A stretch of 61,550 nucleotides of DNA, counting the filler. It is 5 parts of 5 records of this genome, joined end to end, with 100 filler letters (N's around TTAATTAATTAA, not from the genome) between each part and the next. Parts side by side here need not be neighbours in the genome. Positions count along the whole stretch, not along the records: positions 5,808 to 35,614 come from SRR2962707_4864; 4 more parts are not named here. The stretch is one strand, 5' to 3'. Shown in pieces: positions 18,938 through 28,915 of this stretch (position 1 is the first letter of the stretch; each line of letters opens with the position of its first letter). The notes beneath the pieces were generated by a model that ran no database searches, was not told where the DNA came from, and worked only from the letters and a program-made list of their open reading frames with translations. The translations under genes and the position numbers were made by a program.

Positions 18938-20083
18938 CTAGGATACCCCGCCCTGCGCGAGAGTTTGTTCGATCTGGCCGTCGGAGTAACCCAAATCGGC
19001 GAGAATCTGTCGCGTGTGTGTTTGCCCATCAGGCATTTCCGGGGACGTCGTTGCGATTGATGAATAGCGCGGCGCAGGGGTAGGTTGGCGCACACCGCCA
19101 GCCGTCGTAAATGTTGCGCGGCTTTGGTTGTGTGGGTGGTTTGGTGCTTCGGTCAGGGACAATACGGGCGCATAGCACGCGTCCGAGCCGGTCATTATTG
19201 CATCCCATTCATCGCGGGTTTTTTCTGCGATCACCTTGGTTAACTTATCGCGCATCTCGTCCCATTTGTTCGGGTCGGTTTGGGCTGCCATTGCAGGATC
19301 ATTGGCAAGGCCGGTCAGTTCCAGCATGCGTGCATAAAACTGCGGCTCAATCGGACCTAACGAGATGAATTTGCCGTCACGGGTTTCATAGACGTCATAG
19401 AAATGCGCCCCGGTGTCCAACATGTTGACGCCGCGTTCATCCTTCCACCAGCCTTGGCCGTGAAAGCTGTAGATCATCGACATGAGAAGGGCAGATCCAT
19501 CGGTCATTGCGGCGTCGATCACGGTGCCGTCGCCGCCGCGTTGCACATGCAAAAGGGCAGAGACCATGCCAAAGGCCAGCATCATCGCACCGCCGCCGAA
19601 ATCCCCCATCATGTTGATCGGCGGGATCGGTTTTTCCCCTTTGCGACCAAAGGCATGCAATGCGCCGGATAGCGCGATATAGTTGATATCGTGGCCGGCC
19701 ATCTGGGCATAAGGGCCGGTCTGGCCCCACCCCGTCATGCGGCCATACACCAGCTTGGGGTTCAGCAGCAGCATTTCGTCTGGACCAAGGCCCAGCCTTT
19801 CCATCACGCCGGGGCGGAACCCTTCGATCAGGCCGTCGGCGGTCGCGACCAGATCGCGCAGAACTGCCTTACCGCTGTCAGATTTCATATCAATGGCGAT
19901 GCGCTTGCGGGATCGCAGCAGAATATCGGTGCGGGCGTCGCTTTCGGGGCCACCTTTGGTGCCGCCGGGGCGTTCTATTCGGATCACCTCGGCCCCGTGA
20001 TCGGCAAGCATCATGCAGGCAAAGGGGCCGGGGCCCAGGCCTGCAAACTCAATAATCCGCAAACCGTCAAGAGGACCGGGCAT
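18938..20083 (-). CDS. CaiB/BaiF family III CoA-transferase, alpha-methylacyl-CoA racemase-like
   Basis: ATG at 20083 with an SD; GLGPGPF, EGFRPGVMERLGLG, GHDINY and GDFGGG motifs. Confidence 0.92.
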   Translation of the reverse strand: MPGPLDGLRIIEFAGLGPGPFACMMLADHGAEVIRIERPGGTKGGPESDARTDILLRSRKRIAIDMKSDSGKAVLRDLVATADGLIEGFRPGVMERLGLGPDEMLLLNPKLVYGRMTGWGQTGPYAQMAGHDINYIALSGALHAFGRKGEKPIPPINMMGDFGGGAMMLAFGMVSALLHVQRGGDGTVIDAAMTDGSALLMSMIYSFHGQGWWKDERGVNMLDTGAHFYDVYETRDGKFISLGPIEPQFYARMLELTGLANDPAMAAQTDPNKWDEMRDKLTKVIAEKTRDEWDAIMTGSDACYAPVLSLTEAPNHPHNQSRATFTTAGGVRQPTPAPRYSSIATTSPEMPDGQTHTRQILADLGYSDGQIEQTLAQGGVS

Positions 20084-20093
20084 GGGGTTGCTC

Positions 20094-20867
20094 CTATTCG
20101 AAATTGGCTTTGCGTTTTTGCAGGAATGCGGTGACGCCTTCGGCGAAATGCGGATGCTTTCCGGCTGAGGCTTGGGCGTCTCGTTCCTCGGCAAGCTGGT
20201 CTTGGAAGGTGCCATCGCCCGCTTGCCAGAGCAGTTTCCGCATCAAGCCAAGCGCGTGGGTCGGTCCGTTTGCAAGGCGGGCCGCGAATTCATGGGCGGT
20301 GGGCATCACGGCGTCATCCGCCACAACCTTGGTGACCATGCCCCAGTCAAAGGCCTGTTGCGCAGGGAGCTTTTCGCCAAGCAGGGCAAGCTCAGCGGCG
20401 CGCACACGCCCGACATTGCGCACCAGCATCCATGTGGCACCGCCATCAGGGACCAAGCCGATATGGCAAAACGCTTCGAGGAAGTAGCTGTTTTCGCCTG
20501 CGATGATGATATCACCGGCCATGGCGATGGACGCGCCGATGCCTGCGGCGGGGCCGTTGATTGCGGTGATCAGGGGCACATCCAGATTACGGATTGCCAT
20601 CATCAGCGGGTTATATGCTTGATCCAGCGCGGACCCGGCGTTGATATCGCTGGATTTCGCGGCGGGGTTGGCCTGCAAGTTCGCGCCCGAACAAAACGCA
20701 CGGGACGAGCCGGTCAAGATGATCGCCCGGCTGTTTTGGGCCGCGTTCTTTAGTGCTGCGGTAAGCGACACTGCCAGCTCTGGGGTCAGCGCATTAAGGG
20801 TGGCGGGGTCGTTCAGCGCAATCGTTGTCACGCCGTCCAAGGTTTCGATCTTTAGGCCGTCTGTCAT
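20094..20867 (-). CDS. Enoyl-CoA hydratase/isomerase (PaaG-like crotonase)
   Basis: RAFCSGANL, INGPAAGIG, IGLVPDGG and EGVTAFLQKR motifs. Confidence 0.9.
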   Translation of the reverse strand: MTDGLKIETLDGVTTIALNDPATLNALTPELAVSLTAALKNAAQNSRAIILTGSSRAFCSGANLQANPAAKSSDINAGSALDQAYNPLMMAIRNLDVPLITAINGPAAGIGASIAMAGDIIIAGENSYFLEAFCHIGLVPDGGATWMLVRNVGRVRAAELALLGEKLPAQQAFDWGMVTKVVADDAVMPTAHEFAARLANGPTHALGLMRKLLWQAGDGTFQDQLAEERDAQASAGKHPHFAEGVTAFLQKRKANFE

Positions 20868-21008
20868 GTGTTCCTCCTGATTATGGGCAGCAAATCATTG
20901 ATTGCGGAGATAGGCAAACGGGTGCTGAGCGTACGGTGGTTCTACGGCACGTTAACCGGTTTGGCGCAGCTTGGCCGCGATCTGATGCCCAACCCACGGA
21001 GCCCGCAC

Positions 21009-22409
21009 ATGTCTGATACTTCGCCAATCCTTTCGATGCCCTACATCCAACCCGCGCAAGCGCAAAAGCATGTGACCCATAACGAGGCGCTCAGGCTTTT
21101 GGATATGATCGTGCAACTGGCGGTGCTATCGGCGGACCTGTCCGTGCCGCCCAGCACTGCCGTTGAAGGGGACCGGTATCTGGTCGCCGCGAATGGCCAG
21201 GCTGACTGGGCCGGGCAAAGCGGCAATATCGCTGTATTCGTCGACGCCAGCTGGCAGTTTATCGCGCCGCTTGCAGGGTGGAGTGCGCATGTGCGTGATA
21301 TCAGTACCACTGTCGTCTTTGACGGTGCGGCGTGGGCGGGCCAAGTGCCCGAGTTGAACAATCTTCCGGGGATTGGAATCGGCACCAACTTTGACAGTTA
21401 TAACAAGCTGGCCGTGTCATCGGATGCGGTGTTGCTGAACCATGCAGGCGGGGGGCATCAGCTAAAGATTAACAAATCCAGCCAAGGGGATACGGCAAGT
21501 CTGCTGTTCCAGACGGGGTATGGTGGGCGTGCTGAAATGGGCATCGCCGGAAGCGACGATTTTGCGCTGAAGGTCAGTGCGGACGGGTCCAGTTGGGTCG
21601 AAGCACTGCGTGTGGATGCCCTGACCGGGCGTATTCAAACCGCTGTGGGCGGCTGGCGCGAGATACTGACATCCCCGCGCAGCTATTTCGTTGATCAGTC
21701 GATGGGGAATGACGGAAATGATGGTCTGAGCGTTGGCGCAGGCGCGTTTGCATCGATTGGCAAGGCGGTCGAGGCGGCGATGATGATCGACACAGGTGGC
21801 AACGACATCACCCTAAAGCTGGCGCAGGGGACCTATAATCTGGTGCAACCGGTCAACGTGGATTGCGCCTTGGTCGGTGGCGGGCGGTTGGTTGTTGAGG
21901 GCGACCCTGGCGCACCCGATCTGGTGGTGATGGATGCTGTGGACCAGGTGTTTACCATCGCGCAGGGAGACGTTTTGTTGCGCGGGCTTAAGCTGCAAAA
22001 TACCAGTAGTTCCGTCGCTACGATTTCGGCGCGTGGGAACAGCCATCTGCTGCTGGATAGTGTTAACTTTGGCGAAGCAGGCGGGCATGTTGATGTGCGG
22101 GGCGCGCGGCTGACGCTGGAAGGGGCCTGTCTGATCGATGGTGATGCGGGGTATCACCTGCATCTGTCTGACGGTGCGCAATTTGATGGCAACGGGCAGA
22201 CCGTAACGTTAGCCGGCGCACCTGATTTTGTAGATGCGTTTTGCGTTTGTACACATGCCAGTGTTGCGCGCTTTGCCGGGCAAAGTTTTGCGGGCAGCGC
22301 CACTGGAACACGGTACGATTTGTCAGCGAATGCTGTGATTGATAGCGGCGGTGTGGTCTTGCCGGGCCACGTTGTGGGATCGACGCAAACCGGGGGTGTC
22401 TATCTATAA
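21009..22409 (+). CDS. DUF2793-domain protein (GTA/phage tail-fibre type) with a C-terminal beta-helix-like domain
   Basis: ATG at 21009 after GGAG. MPYIQPAQAQKHVTHNEAL, GDRYLV, WAGQ and SLLFQTGYGGRAEMG motifs. From about 21654: YFVD..GNDGNDGLS..AFASIGKAV..ITLKLAQGTY followed by short Gly/Asn/Asp-rich beta repeats. Confidence 0.8.
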   Translation: MSDTSPILSMPYIQPAQAQKHVTHNEALRLLDMIVQLAVLSADLSVPPSTAVEGDRYLVAANGQADWAGQSGNIAVFVDASWQFIAPLAGWSAHVRDISTTVVFDGAAWAGQVPELNNLPGIGIGTNFDSYNKLAVSSDAVLLNHAGGGHQLKINKSSQGDTASLLFQTGYGGRAEMGIAGSDDFALKVSADGSSWVEALRVDALTGRIQTAVGGWREILTSPRSYFVDQSMGNDGNDGLSVGAGAFASIGKAVEAAMMIDTGGNDITLKLAQGTYNLVQPVNVDCALVGGGRLVVEGDPGAPDLVVMDAVDQVFTIAQGDVLLRGLKLQNTSSSVATISARGNSHLLLDSVNFGEAGGHVDVRGARLTLEGACLIDGDAGYHLHLSDGAQFDGNGQTVTLAGAPDFVDAFCVCTHASVARFAGQSFAGSATGTRYDLSANAVIDSGGVVLPGHVVGSTQTGGVYL

Positions 22410-22522
22410 TCGGACCTGTCCGAATTGATAGAATTGGATAAGAACGCCACTAAGTTGCCATAGAGCTAATATCTGCGGTTAACGAATTTTGACCATTATC
22501 ATCCGCGGTAAGCATCCGGGGA

Positions 22523-25024
22523 ATGGTTCAAATGGCGTTCGAACACAAAGCAACATTGCCGGGCAGATCGGATTCCTTTCTGACCGGCGTCACCGACATG
22601 GTGGTCTTTGATACGCCTGCCGGGTCGATTATGTATACCACTTCGCGGTTTGGGGGCGGCGATCTGCTCGCTTATCGTATCGGTGCGGATGGGGGGCTGA
22701 CGCAGTTGGACAGCCGTGCCATCGCAGGCGCTGCGCAATCCGGGTCTGTCAATAAAATGACGCTTGTTGGCGACAGTCTGTACCTGACCGGCGTGCAAAA
22801 TGCGGCCTTGACGAAAATCGATCTAGCCGCGGATGGCAAGTTTTCCACGGTTTCTACGGTAACAGGTGCGACGCTGCCGCAGCACATGCTGGGGGCCGAG
22901 GTCGCGATCGTTGGCGGGCAACCCTATTTATACGGAATAACAAGGGGTTCTGACGCGGTTGGGGTCTGGCGGATCAATGATAACGGGTCGGTCACCGAGA
23001 TACAGAATGGCGGCGTAGGATCACAATCGCAGACCGCCCTGACGGGGATTAGCATTGCTGATGTCGGCGGCATGCCGCAGCTTTTGGTGGCCTCTGCCTC
23101 TGAAAATGCATTGATCAGAATGACGTTGGACAGCAGCGGGCGGCCGACCGAGGTTGCTCGTATCTCGGCCGAGGATGGTGTGGGCATTGCGGGCCCCAGT
23201 GTTGTCGCGTTCGTTGAGATTGGCGATCAGTCTTTTGGCGTGATGGGGTCCTCTGCCAGCGGGTCCCTTACCGTGGTGCGGTTGGCGGCTGACGGAACGA
23301 TGCAGCTGACCGATCATCTGCTAGATACGTTGAACACGCGTTTTGATGACGTGACACATTTGGAAACGGTGGTTCACAATGACCGCGCCTATCTGGCTGC
23401 GGCGGGCGCGGATGATGGCGTTTCAATCTTTGAGCTTTCACCAGACGGGCGGCTTTTGCATCTAAGTACGATTGTCGATGCAGTGGATACGACAGTTGAT
23501 GCCCCCTCCGCGCTTAGCTTCTCGGTCCAGAATGATGCGCTGCACCTTGTCACGGCATCCGGTGCTGAGTCGGGGTTAAGCGCCTTTACCCTGGATATTT
23601 CGGGCCGGGCAACGCCCGTTTATGGCACGAGCGCCGCAGAATCCCTGAACGGTACAGCAGGCGATGATTTTCTGACGGGGAAGGCGGGAAACGATACATT
23701 ATCTGGCGGTGTGGGCGATGATTTTCTGGTGGATGGTACCGGGACCGACCTTTTGACAGGCGGTGCCGGCGCTGACCGATTTATCATGACTGCCGATGGG
23801 ACCGCCGACACAATCAGCGATTTCGATACGGCGCAGGACACGCTTGATCTGTCGGGCTGGTCCCTTGTGCGCAGCATTCCACAATCAGCATTTCAGTCGA
23901 CAAATACGGGCGCGGTCCTGACGCTTGGTGATGAAAGCCTGACCCTTAAAAGCGCGGATGGTAAGGCGATCACCTACGCAGACCTACTCCCCCAGATTAC
24001 ATTGGGAACGTCGTATATCCCGCAAAACATGGTGCTACCTGACGAGCCCGACAGCCCGGTTACCCCGGCAAATCCCATCGCACTGAACCTGATGGGGACC
24101 GCAGCGAATGATCGGTTGGAGGGCGATAGCGCGTCGGACCTTATTCAGGGGCAGGCCGCGAATGACACCATATATGGCATGGGTGGCGATGATACGATCA
24201 GGGGCGATGCGGGGGATGATGACCTGTACGGGAATGGCGGCAGCGACGTGGTCGAGGGTGGATCGGGCGTTGATCAGATATGGGGCGGTATCGGTTGGGA
24301 TACCTTGCGCGGCGACGATGGCGACGATTTCATCTGGGGGGGCGACGGATATGACGCCATCGGCGGGGGGAATGGCAATGATGTGATCACAGGGAATAAT
24401 GGTGCTGATCGACTGTATGGCGATGCCGGCAATGACAAGCTGACCGGCGGGTTGAATTCGGATCATCTGTGGGGCGGCGGTGACGATGACACGCTGTCAG
24501 GCAACGCGGGTTCCGACGAATTATATGGGGGGAGTGGAAAGGATAAGCTGTACGGCAACGCGGGTGCCGACAAGTTGCTGGGCGAAAGCGGCAACGACCA
24601 GCTTGCGGGGGGGATCAACAACGATACCCTTGATGGCGGTGATGGTAATGATCGTTTGCAAGGCGATAACGGGTCAGACCGGCTTGATGGTGGGGCGGGA
24701 AATGACCTGCTGAAAGGTAACGCAGGCCATGATACTTTGGACGGTGGGTATGGCGACGATATCCTCTCTGGGGGGATTGGTGCCGACCAGTTTTCCTTTG
24801 GGTCTGGCCAGGATCAGATTGTCGATTTTCAGGACGACATTGATACGCTGGTTCTGGATGCAATGTTGTGGGGCGGCGGCGACCGCAGCCTGTCGCAACT
24901 CTCCGAATATGTCAGCTTGAATGACGACGGGTTCGTTTCTTTTGACTTTGGGAATGGCAACACCCTTGAGCTGCTGAATGTGACATCCGTCAATGTCTTG
25001 GATAACGATCTGGACATCATGTGA
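22523..25024 (+). CDS. RTX-type calcium-binding exoprotein with an N-terminal beta-propeller-like region
   Basis: Many GGxGxDxLx nonapeptides (about 23640-23790 and 24090-24810), ISDFDTAQDTLDL and IVDFQDDID motifs, no Sec signal. Confidence 0.88.
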   Translation: MVQMAFEHKATLPGRSDSFLTGVTDMVVFDTPAGSIMYTTSRFGGGDLLAYRIGADGGLTQLDSRAIAGAAQSGSVNKMTLVGDSLYLTGVQNAALTKIDLAADGKFSTVSTVTGATLPQHMLGAEVAIVGGQPYLYGITRGSDAVGVWRINDNGSVTEIQNGGVGSQSQTALTGISIADVGGMPQLLVASASENALIRMTLDSSGRPTEVARISAEDGVGIAGPSVVAFVEIGDQSFGVMGSSASGSLTVVRLAADGTMQLTDHLLDTLNTRFDDVTHLETVVHNDRAYLAAAGADDGVSIFELSPDGRLLHLSTIVDAVDTTVDAPSALSFSVQNDALHLVTASGAESGLSAFTLDISGRATPVYGTSAAESLNGTAGDDFLTGKAGNDTLSGGVGDDFLVDGTGTDLLTGGAGADRFIMTADGTADTISDFDTAQDTLDLSGWSLVRSIPQSAFQSTNTGAVLTLGDESLTLKSADGKAITYADLLPQITLGTSYIPQNMVLPDEPDSPVTPANPIALNLMGTAANDRLEGDSASDLIQGQAANDTIYGMGGDDTIRGDAGDDDLYGNGGSDVVEGGSGVDQIWGGIGWDTLRGDDGDDFIWGGDGYDAIGGGNGNDVITGNNGADRLYGDAGNDKLTGGLNSDHLWGGGDDDTLSGNAGSDELYGGSGKDKLYGNAGADKLLGESGNDQLAGGINNDTLDGGDGNDRLQGDNGSDRLDGGAGNDLLKGNAGHDTLDGGYGDDILSGGIGADQFSFGSGQDQIVDFQDDIDTLVLDAMLWGGGDRSLSQLSEYVSLNDDGFVSFDFGNGNTLELLNVTSVNVLDNDLDIM

Positions 25025-25054
25025 TTGCTTAAGGGTTATCGGGATTTGCCGTTA

Positions 25055-25867
25055 TCAAAGCTCCATAATGTCGCGGTGATAGCGGCGCAGGAAAACCAGC
25101 CCGAAGAACCCGAGCAGAATTGAAATCGCATAGACATAGGTCGGGTTTGCGTAGGTTGCGTGATAGCTATTGTAAAACCCGGCGCGCACGGTCCCGATAA
25201 TATGGACCAGTGGATTATACCAAAGCCAGTTTTGATAGGGCTGCGGCACGGCTTCCAATGTGAAAATCACGCCGGAAATCAGCAGCAGCGGCCGGGTTAG
25301 AATGCTGTAAACGCGTTGCCAAATTGGGAACATGGACATCAGGAAGCAGTTGAACGTCCCGATCCCCAGACCAAAACAAGCGGTCATCGCCAGCGCCGAC
25401 ATGATCGTTTCCCATTCAAGCGTGGTGCGGGTTTCAAAGCACAGAGCGATACCAGAAAATACGATAACGCTGACAAGGATTTGAGTGAGGAAATTCAGAA
25501 TGAACCGCCCCGCGATCGCGTCGATGAATGTAACGCGGGGATAGGCAAGTAATTGTTTCGAGTAGTTAATAGCCTGCGCTGTTTTCGTACTAAGATCGTT
25601 GAACATCAAAAATGGCAGCAGACCGGTGGCATAAAACATCGCAAAGTTTGTGCCCAGCATCGGGTTACGGAACCCGATTGAAAAGATCGCTGACAAAAGT
25701 GCGACGCCAAGTGCCGGTTCCGCCAATGCCCACAGATAGCCACCGGGGGACCGCCCGTAACTTGTCGTCATTTCGCGCAGTATCAGGGCGCTGATTGTCC
25801 GCGCCGCCATGAAATGCTGCGGGCGGCTGATACGGCGCAATGGAGGGCTGGGGAACTTGGTGCTCAT
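25055..25867 (-). CDS. kpsM: Capsular polysaccharide ABC transporter permease
   Basis: ALILREMTTSYGRSPGGYLWALAEP, SGVIF and YNPLVH motifs; ATGA overlap with the upstream gene. Confidence 0.9.
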   Translation of the reverse strand: MSTKFPSPPLRRISRPQHFMAARTISALILREMTTSYGRSPGGYLWALAEPALGVALLSAIFSIGFRNPMLGTNFAMFYATGLLPFLMFNDLSTKTAQAINYSKQLLAYPRVTFIDAIAGRFILNFLTQILVSVIVFSGIALCFETRTTLEWETIMSALAMTACFGLGIGTFNCFLMSMFPIWQRVYSILTRPLLLISGVIFTLEAVPQPYQNWLWYNPLVHIIGTVRAGFYNSYHATYANPTYVYAISILLGFFGLVFLRRYHRDIMEL

Positions 25868-26805
25868 CCGGCAGATCCGTTCAAGGTAAGATCCGGTTGG
25901 AATTCCGGGGCCCATTTATCTGGAACCATCCCGCCAAACCGGTCATGAATGAATGCATATTGCGCGGAAAAAGCATCACAGAAACCCGCGCGAATGTCTG
26001 CAGGCATCGCCGCCACAGCGCCTGGGTTGCTATGGTTTTCGGGGTCCGTCGCTATTGGTTCAATCTGCAGAAAACTGCACAGGCTGTTCATGTTGCCCGG
26101 GTTGAACATGTCTTCGTAGAATAGATATTTGATGCGCGCTGGGGGTATCGCCGCCTCTAATTCGGTTATCGTACGGCGGTAATCTGCCCGTTCAATTGTG
26201 GCCAAACGACCGGTTTCGATCAACTGTTGCGCACGCGCGATGCACGCGCCTTGAAACGAGGTCGGAGACGGCGAGGCTGTTTTAACTGCCATTCTGATCT
26301 GCGACCACATCCGATCGATCGGGTCACGTAGGATAAAAATGAATTTGGCTGATCCAATCTGACCCATTTGCGTGAACATTTCACCGTCCAAAATCGCGTA
26401 GGCCGGGGTGATATCACAGACAACGGGCTGATTTTTATAATGCTCAAGCAGGTATTGCAGATAGGCGGAATGATCGCCCGGTTCACCTGTGTAGATGTCC
26501 AAAAGGTCGGTAAGGTCTTGCAATTGCTGCAGATTTACGCGATTGCGTTTACCAAGCTGGGGGATCAGTCGCTTGGCCAGAATTTCGGTCGCCTGCACGC
26601 GCATGTCAAATACCTGCTGCGCTTTGCCAGCGATGACGTCGAAATAATGCAGTTCCTTGTTGCGGGAAAAATGCACCTGTTCGCTGCGCCGCAACGCATC
26701 ATAAAGCCATGTCGTCCCGGCCTTTTGCGCGCCGATGCAAAAAACCATTGTGGCCGTTGATGGAAAGGCAGTGTTGGGCATGAAAGTCACCTTGTCCAAA
26801 AGCAT
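25864..26805 (-). CDS. PAPS-dependent sulfotransferase
   Basis: 5'-PSB motif IGAQKAGTTWLY, KELHYFD, DITPAY, 3'-PB motif LRDPIDRMWS. Confidence 0.88.
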   Translation of the reverse strand: MLLDKVTFMPNTAFPSTATMVFCIGAQKAGTTWLYDALRRSEQVHFSRNKELHYFDVIAGKAQQVFDMRVQATEILAKRLIPQLGKRNRVNLQQLQDLTDLLDIYTGEPGDHSAYLQYLLEHYKNQPVVCDITPAYAILDGEMFTQMGQIGSAKFIFILRDPIDRMWSQIRMAVKTASPSPTSFQGACIARAQQLIETGRLATIERADYRRTITELEAAIPPARIKYLFYEDMFNPGNMNSLCSFLQIEPIATDPENHSNPGAVAAMPADIRAGFCDAFSAQYAFIHDRFGGMVPDKWAPEFQPDLTLNGSAG

Positions 26806-26809
26806 GAGG

Positions 26810-27466
26810 TCAGGGTTTCATGTTGTAGCTGTGCAATTCTATCGCTTCGTTAATATCGTCAAAGTAAATCAGTTTACCATTCTCAAGCACGGCACCCGCG
26901 TCACACATCTCGCGGATTAAGCCCATGGAATGACTTACGAAAATTGACCCCGCGCGCGACATCCGGTCGGCAAAAACGTTTTTGCTTTTTCGTTTGAACG
27001 CGGCGTCGCCCACGGCAGTAATTTCGTCAATCAGATAGGTGTCAAAGGTCAGACCCATCGATACACCAAAGGCCAGACGTGATCGCATACCCGATGAATA
27101 AGACCGGATCGGCGCGTGAAACTGTTGCCCAAGCTCGGCAAAATCAGCGACATAATCCATAAGCGCGTCACTATTCGCGCCATATATCCGCGCGACAAAA
27201 CGGGTGTTTTGCGCGCCGGTCATATCGGGGTGAAATGACCCGGCAAACCCGACCGGAAACGAAACATTTCCATCGCTTAGCACCTCGCCAGAGGTCGGGT
27301 CGGCAGTGCCCGCAATGATACGTAACAAGGTCGATTTCCCCGCGCCGTTGCGCCCCAGCAAACCCACAGATACCCGGCTGGGAAAGGTCGCATTTATGCG
27401 ATCCGCGACCACCTTTCGATTGCCGTTCAGATGATAGAATTTCGATAGGTTTTGCAGAAGGATCAT
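26810..27466 (-). CDS. kpsT: Capsular polysaccharide ABC transporter ATPase
   Basis: Walker A GRNGAGKST, signature YSSGMRSRLAF, Walker B YLIDE, VSH. Confidence 0.93.
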   Translation of the reverse strand: MILLQNLSKFYHLNGNRKVVADRINATFPSRVSVGLLGRNGAGKSTLLRIIAGTADPTSGEVLSDGNVSFPVGFAGSFHPDMTGAQNTRFVARIYGANSDALMDYVADFAELGQQFHAPIRSYSSGMRSRLAFGVSMGLTFDTYLIDEITAVGDAAFKRKSKNVFADRMSRAGSIFVSHSMGLIREMCDAGAVLENGKLIYFDDINEAIELHSYNMKP

Positions 27467-27475
27467 CGCCTTTTT

Positions 27476-28834
27476 CTAGCGCCGATCCCTTAATGAATAG
27501 CCAACCATCACCAGAATTGCCCAGATCAGCAGGCTGAACAGCGCGACAAGCGCCATGGTGAGCAGCCGGTCAGGGTATATCGATGTTTCTGCAAGGGTTG
27601 GCTTGATATGGGCGGCTAAATATCGGCTTTGGCGGCGCGATTCAGCAACCGCAACATCATACGAGACAAGGGCCGCGGCATAGGATTGTTCAGCGAATTC
27701 GCGATCAACCATAAGGCTTTCGAATTCGCCGACCAGATCGACCAACGCACTGTCAGCTGTACCGTTTCCGTTACCGATCCCTAACTTTGCGCGCTCCTGT
27801 TTCAGGCGTTGTTCGATCACACCCTGACGCCTTATGGCCTGTCTGACACGGGGGTCGGTCGGGGTACTGATCTGGCCCAACATATCAAGATCAATAAGCG
27901 TTTCCGCCAATTGCATCTCGAGAGAAGACAGCAACCCCGTCTGAATTTTGAGTGTCGATTCCGGTGACACCACTTGGTTAAGGTTGCGGAATTTAGTCAT
28001 ATCGGACCGGGCAATTTTGAGCCTTTGAACGGCGGTCTCAAGGTCCTCGCGGGCAAGCCGTGTCGCGTCTTCACGGGCGATATCGGACAATCGGTTGATC
28101 AGCCTGCTGCTCTCGTCATAGATGAAACGCGCAATGTTTTGAGCGTCTTGCGGCGTAAATGCCTGCACCTCAAGCTCAATCAATCCGGTGCTACTGTCAT
28201 TATAGACGCTGACCATGCGCAACCAATAATTTGTTAGGTTTTCAATCGACCCGGGGGGGTGATAGCTGAAAACGGGGTCGATGTCGGGGTCAGCCTTTGA
28301 CCACAGTTGGCGTAAATTAAGCGCTTCATCGATAGTGCGGACCAAATCCTGACTTTGGATGAATTCGTATAAGATATCCTCGTCCGGTGAGCCCGATCCA
28401 GACAGCTCTGCCATACCGCCCAACAGCTCAATTGCTGAACTCGAATCCTCGGTACGGACCGAAAACCCCGCAACAGACACAAAGCGATCGGCCGCGCGTT
28501 CCCACAGGTACCATGCAGAAAGCAAGTTTGTGCCCAAGACGCAGATTACAAAGGAGAGAAAGATGATCCGGTGGCGCGGCTTAATACGGGCGGCAGGCAC
28601 CGGGGGCGTAACGATATTCGGTTTCTGAGGGACGGCAGGCAGATTTCCATGCGGTTTCACAATATCAAATTGCTGCCCTTTCGCGGCGATTGCGGCTTTT
28701 TTGACGCCGCGCTGCTCTTCTATACGCGCCAAGGCTTCCTTGCGCTCGCGGACTTTCAAAGCTTTGCGAACATCATGGGGCAGATTTCGGGCGCGCTCGG
28801 CGACTTGGCTGCGAAGGGGGGGCGTGCGTGCCAT
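27476..28834 (-). CDS. kpsE: Capsule export inner-membrane protein (PCP-3)
   Basis: Two TM segments flanking a coiled-coil region; ILYEFIQSQD, VQAFTPQDA and RYLAAHIKPTLAE..YPDR motifs. Confidence 0.88.
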   Translation of the reverse strand: MARTPPLRSQVAERARNLPHDVRKALKVRERKEALARIEEQRGVKKAAIAAKGQQFDIVKPHGNLPAVPQKPNIVTPPVPAARIKPRHRIIFLSFVICVLGTNLLSAWYLWERAADRFVSVAGFSVRTEDSSSAIELLGGMAELSGSGSPDEDILYEFIQSQDLVRTIDEALNLRQLWSKADPDIDPVFSYHPPGSIENLTNYWLRMVSVYNDSSTGLIELEVQAFTPQDAQNIARFIYDESSRLINRLSDIAREDATRLAREDLETAVQRLKIARSDMTKFRNLNQVVSPESTLKIQTGLLSSLEMQLAETLIDLDMLGQISTPTDPRVRQAIRRQGVIEQRLKQERAKLGIGNGNGTADSALVDLVGEFESLMVDREFAEQSYAAALVSYDVAVAESRRQSRYLAAHIKPTLAETSIYPDRLLTMALVALFSLLIWAILVMVGYSLRDRR

Positions 28835-28915
28835 TCGCTAGATCCGATCACCGATTATTAAGCGATCTGTGTTCTCTGGGGGCACAAAGTTTGTCGCTGT
28901 AAAGGGTTCTGGGTT

